Assembly: GCA_965263045.1 (NCBI GenBank)
Contig: CBDHGK010000041.1
Span: 4,346,408-4,410,407 of the forward strand
Length of the DNA: 64,000 nucleotides
From: Terriglobia bacterium
GTDB lineage: Bacteria > Acidobacteriota > Terriglobia > 20CM-2-55-15
Reading direction: 5' to 3'
Below the pieces are notes generated by a model, which saw only the letters and a program-made list of their open reading frames with translations, was not told the DNA's origin and made no database searches. Shown here one piece after another: positions 56,356 through 64,000 of the stretch. The translations under genes were made by a program, and so were the position numbers. How positions within the stretch are numbered: position 1 is the stretch's first letter; each line of letters starts with the position of its first letter.

Positions 56356-57738
56356 GTTGAGAGTTTCAGGTCTTCGCCCGGACGGAACGGCGTCTAAATC
56401 GATTCTGGAGCGCTGAGGATGGAACGAGAGCGATTCACAGTGGCTCCAGAGCAGTATTAAGGTGAATAAGGCCATGACATGTTGGCCCTGAAGGCCTCGT
56501 GGTGTGCCGTTTCCGAAATTGTTCCGAAGGATCAGGCTCAGATTCAAAGCGGCATATTGAATCAGGACGCGCTTGAGAATGTTGTCCCGATGTCGGAGGT
56601 GAACCCGACGCATTGCGCCGGTTTCCAGCGTGTGTGCGAACGGTCGTTCCAACATCAGTCCGCGCTGTCGGAGTAATTGCTTGCCCCGGTTGCCTCGGAT
56701 TCGTCGCCGGTTGGCATAGACGGCCTGTTTTTCTTCGGACTTATCTTTCCAGTTGCGTCGGCCCCGGTCCGGTTCCGAGATGTAGCTGCGAATGTTGAGG
56801 TCTTTGAATCCGGTCAACGTATCGTTACTGTGATAGCCCTTATCCGCCACCAGTTCGGAGAGCACATCGTTCCGAAGTTTCGATCCAGGATCGGCGGCCA
56901 AGGTCTCCATCTGATGCGCGGCTTGGATCATCGTTTCTTTGATCGTCGTCGTGTCGCCCTGATCGGCACCCTGCACCGTGACCGCCAGGATGGCTCCGGT
57001 CTTCATGTCGGCGGCATGCTCCACCTTATGGGCCAGATGCGTTCGTCCGTCCTTCATCTTCGTGATTCGCGCATCCGGGTCGTGGGGATGCTCCCACTCT
57101 TTGTTCGATCCTTTCTTCGACCGCTTGCGGTCGAGTCGCCCCAGCTCGGTTTGCGTCGGTGTCTCGATCCCAGACGCCTTGGCCAGCCGTGTCAGGAATT
57201 GGTTGTAGGCTTCTCCGGTGTCCCGGCGTACGATCGACCGCATCGCCGCGTTGGCTTCCAGTGTCGATGCATCCACGCCCACCGTCTTCCCATCGATCAG
57301 GCCCTCACCGGCCAACACGCCCAACATCCACGAAAAGACCTTTCCATGTGTTTCCAGATCGATCAACCGTCGCGTCCGCGAGACTGTCGAATGATCCGGC
57401 ACCCCTTCGCTCAGCCCGACTCCAAGGAATCCTCGCAAACTCAGAGAATCGGCACACCGCCACGCTATGCCACGCTCCGAATCGATTCCTTCGAAATAGC
57501 CCACCAGCAACATCCTAAAATACTTGCCCGGCGCCACGCTCGGCCGACCCATCACCTCAGCGTAGAACTGCTCACAGGCATCTTCGACGAACCGGTCGAA
57601 CTTGGCTTGGTCCAAGATTCGGTTAACCCGTTCGTAGAACACGTGGCCCGCTGTCCGCGGCAACTCTGCTGTCGCAACCCATAACGTGGCTTGTCGGTCC
57701 TTTTTCCGTCCCATTCCCATATCGCGTTCTCCTTCCAC
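56323..57738 (-). CDS. IS5-family DDE transposase (471 aa)
   Basis: N-terminal YFRMLLVGYFEGIDSERGIAWRCADSLSLRGFLG, DDE region with ADKGY. Confidence 0.7.
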   Translation of the reverse strand: MEGERDMGMGRKKDRQATLWVATAELPRTAGHVFYERVNRILDQAKFDRFVEDACEQFYAEVMGRPSVAPGKYFRMLLVGYFEGIDSERGIAWRCADSLSLRGFLGVGLSEGVPDHSTVSRTRRLIDLETHGKVFSWMLGVLAGEGLIDGKTVGVDASTLEANAAMRSIVRRDTGEAYNQFLTRLAKASGIETPTQTELGRLDRKRSKKGSNKEWEHPHDPDARITKMKDGRTHLAHKVEHAADMKTGAILAVTVQGADQGDTTTIKETMIQAAHQMETLAADPGSKLRNDVLSELVADKGYHSNDTLTGFKDLNIRSYISEPDRGRRNWKDKSEEKQAVYANRRRIRGNRGKQLLRQRGLMLERPFAHTLETGAMRRVHLRHRDNILKRVLIQYAALNLSLILRNNFGNGTPRGLQGQHVMALFTLILLWSHCESLSFHPQRSRIDLDAVPSGRRPETLNSENPTSATGC

Positions 57739-57806
57739 TATCTTCCTCGCGATACGGTCGCATGGGGTCCGTTGTTAACTATGAAGTTGACTTGCACCAC
57801 GGGCTG

Positions 57807-58963
57807 CTAGTGTAGTCCGTCACAGTTAATGTAACTTATTCAGCTTTCCTACGTCTGAGTATATATGAGGAGAGCACCGACGATTAAATTGGACATTCCT
57901 GTGCGGAAGGAACTGGAGCGACTGAGCCGAAGCCGCAGTGTGGCGGTCCGGTTGGCGGAACGATCTCGAATTGTCTTGCTGGCCGCCGGGGGTCTGGACA
58001 ATCAGGAGATCGCTGCCAAGTTGGACATCACTCGTCAAAAGGCCGGACGTTGGCGCGATCGTTTCGTTGAAGATGGCCTCGGGGGAATCGAAAAGGACGC
58101 TTCCCGCAGTGGACGGATTCCCTCGATCGGCCGCCGGAAGCGGGCCCGGATCGTGAAGAAGACGGTCGAAGGGAAGCCTCCGAACGCCACGCACTGGAGC
58201 CGGTCCTTGATGGCCAGGGCAACCGGCGTCAGCGAGTCCACGGTAGGGAGAATCTGGCGGGCTCATGGCTTGAAGCCTCATCTGGCACGCACCTTCAAAC
58301 TTTCCAACGACAAACAATTTGTCGAGAAGTTGGAGGATGTGGTCGGTTTGTATCTGAACCCTCCGGAAAACGCCATTGTTTTGTCCTGCGATGAGAAGAG
58401 CCAGATGCAGGCCCTGGACCGCACGCAACCCGGGTTACCTCTGAAGAAGGGGCGGTGCGGCACCCTCACCCACGACTACAAACGCAACGGGACGACCACG
58501 ATGTTCGCCGCGCTCAATACGCTGGACGGCTCGATTATCGGGACCTGTATGCCGAAGCATCGTCATCAGGAATGGATCCGGTTTCTCAATCAGATCAAAC
58601 GTTCCGTGCCGAAAGACAAACAGATCCATATCATTTGCGACAACTACGTCACGCACAAACATCAGAAAGTCGTCAACTGGTTGAAGCGCAACACGCGCTT
58701 TCATGTGCACTTCACACCGACCAGTGCATCCTGGCTGAACATGGTCGAACGCTTCTTCCGGGATCTTTCCGAACAACGGCTTCGGCGCGGGGTTTTCCAT
58801 TCTGTTCCTGAGCTAATCCAGGCCGTGGAGGAATATGTCGGGGGTCACAATCAGAACCCGAAGCCCTTCATTTGGACCGCAACGGCTTCCGATATTCTTG
58901 AAAAAGTTCAACGTGCCCGAAAGAAGCTCGATAAGTTACAGTCTGTTTGACGGGGACCACTAG
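57807..58963 (+). mobile_element. IS630-family element, copy B (intact)
   Basis: Imperfect ~33-bp IRs CTAGTGTAGTCCGTCACAGTTAATGTAACTTAT / ATAAGTTACAGTCTGTTTGACGGGGACCACTAG. Confidence 0.8.
57865..58950 (+). CDS. IS630-family (Tc1/mariner-like) transposase
   Basis: 361 aa with HTH N-terminus and DDE region containing HFTPTSASWLNMVERFF. Confidence 0.85.
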   Translation: MRRAPTIKLDIPVRKELERLSRSRSVAVRLAERSRIVLLAAGGLDNQEIAAKLDITRQKAGRWRDRFVEDGLGGIEKDASRSGRIPSIGRRKRARIVKKTVEGKPPNATHWSRSLMARATGVSESTVGRIWRAHGLKPHLARTFKLSNDKQFVEKLEDVVGLYLNPPENAIVLSCDEKSQMQALDRTQPGLPLKKGRCGTLTHDYKRNGTTTMFAALNTLDGSIIGTCMPKHRHQEWIRFLNQIKRSVPKDKQIHIICDNYVTHKHQKVVNWLKRNTRFHVHFTPTSASWLNMVERFFRDLSEQRLRRGVFHSVPELIQAVEEYVGGHNQNPKPFIWTATASDILEKVQRARKKLDKLQSV

Positions 58964-60506
58964 GAGTCTGCGCGGCAGAAGGACCAGAAATGGGCAGAAA
59001 AGGATCGAAGATAGGACATGCCACGAACTTACCGAACGTATATTCCAGAACAGAGCCTGCTGATGCCTCCATCATTGAGAGATTGGCTGGCTGAAGATCA
59101 CCTGTCGTACTTCATATCGGACGCCGTGGATGCGATGGATTTGAGCGCGTTCGAACAGAGGTATGGAACGGACGGGCCGGGCAATCAGGCCTTCGATCCG
59201 CGGATGATGGTGAAGGTGATGATCTACGGGTACGCGACGGGAGTGTTTTCGTCACGGAAGATTGCAGCGAAGATGACCGAAGATGTGGCGTTCCGGATGT
59301 TGGGAGCGGAGAACTTTCCCGCGCACCGAACGATCTCGGATTTTCGAAAACTGCATCTTGAAGAGTTCGGGAACTTATTTGTGCAAGTGGTGAGGATGGG
59401 GCGGGAAGCCGGGCTGGTGAAGATGGGAACGGTGGCGGTGGACGGGACGAAGATGCGAGCCAATGCGAGCAAACGCAAAGCGATGAGCTATGAACGCATG
59501 AGAAAGCAGGAGACCGAATTGGGCGAACAGATTCGGGATCTGTTGAACCGGGCCACGGCGACCGATGAGGAAGAAGACCAACGTTACGGCAAGGACCGGC
59601 GCGGTGACGAACTGCCCGACGGGTTGGCGACCCGCACGAAGCGGCTGGCCACAATCCAGACGGCGATGAAGCGACTCGAAGAACGTCAGATGGCGGCAGA
59701 CCAGGAAGCGGAAAGGAAGCCTGGAGACGACAAACCGGGAAGCGGAAAGAAGGGCAAACCATTCAAACGCCCGAGGGGTGAACCCAAGGGGAAGGCCCAA
59801 GACAATTTCACCGACCCGGAAAGCCGGATCATGAAGACCTCGGCCGACGGGTTCCAACAATGCTACAACGCGCAGGCGGTCGTGGACGCGGAGGCCCGAA
59901 TCATCGTCGCCACAACGGTGAGCAACAATGCTTCAGATACCGGGCAGTTGGGACCGACTCTGGATGAGTTGAACACGAATCTGTCGGAGCGTCCAGACCG
60001 GGTGCTCGCGGATGCTGGATACCGATCCGAGTCGAATCTGCGAATGCTGGAACAACGTCAAATAGATGGGTACGTTCCGATGGGTCGTGAGAAAGATCTC
60101 GCCACGGCCCCACTCCAACCCGAAAGCACGGCCCTGGGCCGCATGGTCCGAAAGATGAAAAGCCAGACGGGGCGTGATCGCTACCGGGCCAGAAAGCACA
60201 TCGGTGAGCCGCCGTTCGGGTGGATCAAGTCGGTGCTGGGATTCCGACAGTTCAGTTTGCGAGGCTTGGACAACGTCACCTGTGAATGGAGCCTGGTGGC
60301 TCTGGCAGTGAACTTACGACGGATGAACGGGAAGATCGAATGGGCTTAATCCGCATCACCGGGACCCATAACGCTCTCCACAGGACCAACGGATCGAGTC
60401 CCCACAGCTCGGAGCTGCCCATGTTGGGAAAATCGGGCGGCTCTCCTACAAAGACGCTCTCGAATCGTCACAAATCCGAGTTATTCAGCCTCTGCCGCGC
60501 AGACTC
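58964..60506 (+). mobile_element. IS5/IS1182-like element, copy 2 (CTAG duplications at 58960-58963 and 60507-60510)
   Basis: Identical to 4937..6479 but inverted. Inserted into the CTAG at the end of IS630 copy B. Confidence 0.85.
59018..60349 (+). CDS. IS1182/IS5-family transposase (copy 2)
   Basis: Identical translation to 5094..6425. Confidence 0.8.
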   Translation: MPRTYRTYIPEQSLLMPPSLRDWLAEDHLSYFISDAVDAMDLSAFEQRYGTDGPGNQAFDPRMMVKVMIYGYATGVFSSRKIAAKMTEDVAFRMLGAENFPAHRTISDFRKLHLEEFGNLFVQVVRMGREAGLVKMGTVAVDGTKMRANASKRKAMSYERMRKQETELGEQIRDLLNRATATDEEEDQRYGKDRRGDELPDGLATRTKRLATIQTAMKRLEERQMAADQEAERKPGDDKPGSGKKGKPFKRPRGEPKGKAQDNFTDPESRIMKTSADGFQQCYNAQAVVDAEARIIVATTVSNNASDTGQLGPTLDELNTNLSERPDRVLADAGYRSESNLRMLEQRQIDGYVPMGREKDLATAPLQPESTALGRMVRKMKSQTGRDRYRARKHIGEPPFGWIKSVLGFRQFSLRGLDNVTCEWSLVALAVNLRRMNGKIEWA

Positions 60507-60510
60507 CTAG

Positions 60511-61664
60511 CGTCACTGCTCGAGGGCCAGTCCCTGCCGTCTCGGCAGAGCCAGCGACGGGATCGGGTTGCATCCCTGCTCGAGCCCCGCATCGGGCCGG
60601 TCGTCCAAAACTCGACACGGGGAAGTTTCCTGCTCCCCAACGCCGGGCGATATGGTGCTTTTCTAGACGAGTGGAGTGCAATCTACGAACGCTTTGCCGT
60701 ACCTGCCGAGATCGGTCTGGCCCAGGCCGCCCTGGAATCGGGCCTGAACGGTAAGGTCCGCTCCGAGGCACGGGCCCTGGGATTCTGCCAGTGGCTCGAG
60801 CGAAACTGGAATCGAATGAAGCGGCATGCATCGCACGTGATCGAGGGGTACAACCAGACGACGCAGGCGCCTTACTGTGCCGCCTACCTGGTGACGCTGG
60901 CAACCAAGTACGGATCGTTCATTCCCGCGCTCTCGGAGCATCATGCGGGGGCTGCGAATGTCGGACGGACGATAATCAACGGCTCGCGGTTGGGTGGGGA
61001 GGACATCCGGGAGCAGTATTTCCTCGGGGGGGCTTTCGCCGTCGAGCTACGGAGTGTTTCGCTGCGCCGCTATCGCGATATCTTCCGCAGCTATGGTCCC
61101 CGCTCCTCGCTGTATACCGAGATGGTGTTTGGCAACACCTTCAACGTGACGAACCTGAGGGCAGAGATTCCACAGGTACCCGTATACGCCATGCGTGTCC
61201 CGCGCGCGATCGGGCTCGAAGAAGTCACCCGGCGCACGGGGCTCTCCGTGGACGAAGTGCGTCGGTTCAATCCCGCACTGATCCGTCGGGTTCCCGCGAA
61301 CGCCAACCTCTATTTGCCGGTCTATGTCGAAGAATTCGGTCCTGATGTCTCGTTCTGGCAACAACCGCCCAGTGCCGGCTACGTTGCCGTGCTCGAGGAG
61401 TTCGTCAGCATCGACCGCACACTCGAGCAGTGGGAGGATCCTCTGTTCGAGGACGTCCTGCGGGATTTCCAGAGGCGCTTCGATGCGACCGGAACCGAGG
61501 AAGGCTCGGTGATGGCGACAGTCCTGGCTTACGTGATCGACGAAACCTACCGGGGACGGCAGGCCCAGATCCTCAGCGAGTTTCGAACCAGCGCCCGCAT
61601 CCAGACCCTGTTCGATCGTGGCGTGTCTGAACTCCAGGACGTCCGCGCCCGTCGCTCAAATTAA
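60511..61664 (+). pseudogene. Lytic transglycosylase (SLT domain) / LysM protein, 5' truncated by nested IS insertions
   Basis: IGLAQAALESGLNGKVRSEARALGFCQW (SLT catalytic ES motif) and a LysM-like segment (VYAMRVPRAIGLEEVTRRTGLSVDEVRRFNPAL). The open frame runs straight out of the IS end with no start codon. Confidence 0.55.
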
Positions 61665-61853
61665 CGGTTTTGCGCAGTCCGTCGGCGCAACTCATTTCGT
61701 TTGAGCAACTGGACTCTGACCTCATACTCTACGGCAACCATTGATCCGCCGGATCCACAGACGCGTTCCGATTGTTGTCAGCTGCGTCCTTCCTACCGCA
61801 AGTCGACACCTAAACAAAGGGAGTTATTTGAATTAGTCAGTCCCGAGGCCTCA

Positions 61854-63236
61854 TTAGAGCAATCCAAACAACACGTAACAGACCACCGCGCCCACCACAC
61901 TCATCGACAGGCCCCAGGCCAACATCTTGTTGAACAACGCGGTGCGCTCCTCGCTCAAGGGTGCGCTGGCGATGCACAAGGCGCCAAGGGTCGACAACGG
62001 CGAGACATCCACAAGATGAGCGCCAACGTTGATCGAGGCGGCGATGGCGATCGAATCTCCACCTCCCAGCTGCTCGATCAATCCGGGGATAGTCGGAATA
62101 AACGCCGGCAACACCACACCCGACGAACTGCTGTAGACCGAGATGAGTCCCGTCACGAAGGCGATGACACCCGTCACCGTCGTTTCGTTTGAAAGGCTGG
62201 CGAGAATCCGGGTGAACAGGTCCATGCCACCGGTCTGTTCCAGAATTGCGATCAGAACAGTAACGCCGCTCACCATGATAATCGCGTTCCAGGGCATGGC
62301 TTTGAGGGCCGCATTCTCATCCGCCGAACGTGTCAGGGTCAGGACGGCCGCTGCCAGGAATGCACCCATACCGACGTTGATACCCACAAACACAACCGCG
62401 GCAACTAGAAGGGCAATGACCCCGACCGTTATCTTCTGCTCGACTGGCATTGCCGCAACTTCGCTTTCATCGTCAACGGCCAAGGCCTTCCCCCCGCGCA
62501 GCAACCGATAGCCTCCAAAAAGCAGATAACCCGTGGTACCGATGAAAACCTGAGCGACAAGGCTGTTGAAGAAAGTCGAAAACTCCTGGCCCTCGATGCC
62601 GATCCGTGCAAGCAACCCGTTGGCGATGATGCCGGTAGGTGCAAGCGGCGAAAAACCTCCAGCGTTCGCACCCGTGCAAACGACGATGGCCATCAGGAAC
62701 GCGCTCACACCCGCCCGATGTCCGGCCGCCATCGCCATCGGGGCCAACAGCGCGGTGGCGGCGATACTACCGGCGCCGATTGCAGACAGGCAGACCGCCA
62801 ATGCCATAAATATGATCGGAACTAAACCTGCATTCCCATGGGCGAGTCTGACGCTACGCCTGGCAAGCGTCTCCAGAGTTCCATTAGCCTGCGCCTGACT
62901 GAACAACAGCGTCACTCCGACGAGGATCAGAAACAGATTCGAAGGAAAGCCGGCCGCAACCTCACCCACCGTCATTCCGCCGAATGACACACCCACGACA
63001 AAGGCGAATGCAATCGAAACAAGACCGACATTGATCGATGTGACACAGCTCAGCAGAATACAGATGCCGAAAGCGATGAGCGACAGTAGGGGGAGCGACA
63101 TCTTCAGCCGATCATAGGCGTTTTGTGTTGCGCCGTAAACCTCAAGAAGGCCGTCCGCAGCAGGCGATCCGCTCGCCGATTCGGCTCCGCCCAACAGGTC
63201 TCTTGCAGCGGAGAGGGGGTAGAACAGTGCTCTCAA
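61854..63236 (-). CDS. Ion-transporter superfamily permease (ArsB/NhaD/CitMHS-like), about 12 TM
   Basis: Highly hydrophobic 460-aa ORF with internal repeat architecture. The start may be the internal Met at 63099 (MSLPLLSLIAFG). Confidence 0.55.
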   Translation of the reverse strand: MRALFYPLSAARDLLGGAESASGSPAADGLLEVYGATQNAYDRLKMSLPLLSLIAFGICILLSCVTSINVGLVSIAFAFVVGVSFGGMTVGEVAAGFPSNLFLILVGVTLLFSQAQANGTLETLARRSVRLAHGNAGLVPIIFMALAVCLSAIGAGSIAATALLAPMAMAAGHRAGVSAFLMAIVVCTGANAGGFSPLAPTGIIANGLLARIGIEGQEFSTFFNSLVAQVFIGTTGYLLFGGYRLLRGGKALAVDDESEVAAMPVEQKITVGVIALLVAAVVFVGINVGMGAFLAAAVLTLTRSADENAALKAMPWNAIIMVSGVTVLIAILEQTGGMDLFTRILASLSNETTVTGVIAFVTGLISVYSSSSGVVLPAFIPTIPGLIEQLGGGDSIAIAASINVGAHLVDVSPLSTLGALCIASAPLSEERTALFNKMLAWGLSMSVVGAVVCYVLFGLL

Positions 63237-63364
63237 CTGACGGTGCGAAGGTCAAAATTTTGGAGCTTGAGCGCAGTGCAGTGGGCTGGGGTGATCGGGG
63301 GTCCAGTCGCAACAGACCAGACCCGCTGCATCCCGTCCGGCAGCGCCGAGGCTTGACTATTCCT

Positions 63365-64000
63365 TCAGGTCCCCAGGGCCGCACGCGTCCGTTCGACCAG
63401 GGAATTGTCCGGGGCGCCACTGCCTTTGAGATAGAAAGCGCTGGTCGCCAGAAACTGGTCACGCCAGGGGGGGCTGACCTTGAAGTAATCCTCCAGGACC
63501 GCAGCGCTGAACTTGTAATCGTGGGCGTTCCGCCCCTTCAAAAAGATCAGACGCCGGGCGGCGTGCATCAGTTCCCGCACGTCACCGCCGTCGCCCAGGT
63601 ACCGGCGAATTTTTCTCGCTGCATTCATCCGGTTGGCACTCATGTCGCTGAAGATTTCTTCAATCGCCCCGGACGGTTCCGTGATCGCCAGGGGCCGGAC
63701 GTCATCAATTCCAATATCCGGAATTGTCCCCCTCAGCGTCTCCCGGAACATCGGAAGGAAGGCGCAGTTCTGAAGCAGGACACGCTTTCTGGTGTCTTCA
63801 TCGCCACAGGCCTGGAAGGCATATCGGAGAGCGTTCGTGGAAGTGACCGCGTGTAACGCGACGATTCCCGGCTGTCGCATCAGAAGTTCCCCTGCCCCGA
63901 CAAAGAGCGCGTCCCAGACCGACTGCGGCGAACTGCCTCGCCCGATCAGGTCCGCCGCCATGTCGCACGCATCGTCATTGGATCCCTCACGGAGTACGGC
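63365..64000 (-). CDS. Hypothetical protein, 5' end beyond the window
   Basis: The open frame continues to the window edge (no stop upstream of 63961). Confidence 0.35.
   Translation of the reverse strand, partial: AVLREGSNDDACDMAADLIGRGSSPQSVWDALFVGAGELLMRQPGIVALHAVTSTNALRYAFQACGDEDTRKRVLLQNCAFLPMFRETLRGTIPDIGIDDVRPLAITEPSGAIEEIFSDMSANRMNAARKIRRYLGDGGDVRELMHAARRLIFLKGRNAHDYKFSAAVLEDYFKVSPPWRDQFLATSAFYLKGSGAPDNSLVERTRAALGT

Overview
This window is a GC-rich, heavily rearranged accessory region, probably from an environmental Acidobacteria- or Nitrospira-like genome, and is dominated by insertion sequences.

I can support at least 13 IS copies or remnants from 8 families:
- an IS3 orfA remnant;
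- two IS1380-family elements;
- two identical IS5/IS1182-like copies flanked by CTAG;
- two IS256-family elements;
- one IS110-family element;
- one IS66-family element with an 8-bp target-site duplication;
- two IS630-family copies plus a 195-bp IS630-derived MITE;
- a tandemly duplicated IS91-family (HUH rolling-circle) unit that also carries a tyrosine recombinase;
- one further IS5-like transposase.

Several of these have demonstrably split host genes, and for three of them (IS66, IS256, IS630) the pre-insertion gene can be reconstructed from the target-site duplications.

The host genes include:
- a 2.7-kb module present twice as a direct repeat 37 kb apart (FG-GAP repeat lipoprotein, 8-strand outer-membrane beta-barrel protein, divergent GntR regulator);
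- a TonB-dependent receptor;
- a flavin-containing monooxygenase;
- an SDR oxidoreductase;
- an FAD monooxygenase;
- an orphan TRAP solute-binding protein;
- a subclass B3 metallo-beta-lactamase-like gene (frameshifted);
- an MFS transporter;
- a STAS-BON stress pair;
- an ECF sigma / zf-HC2 anti-sigma / HtrA envelope-stress cluster;
- alanine dehydrogenase;
- a CBS-pair protein;
- a YG-repeat secreted protein;
- a lytic-transglycosylase/LysM gene (5' truncated);
- an IT-superfamily permease.

The most unusual signal is a family of degenerate 100-200-bp repeats (copies A to G, between about 13.9 and 27.0 kb). They separate single + strand genes of unrelated function, and in at least one copy the repeat contains the fossil C-terminus of a lost ORF. 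This is a cassette-array-like organisation whose nature I cannot resolve from sequence alone: it could be integron-like, another site-specific recombination module, a MITE family, or a shared regulatory element.

I found no rRNA, tRNA or CRISPR array.
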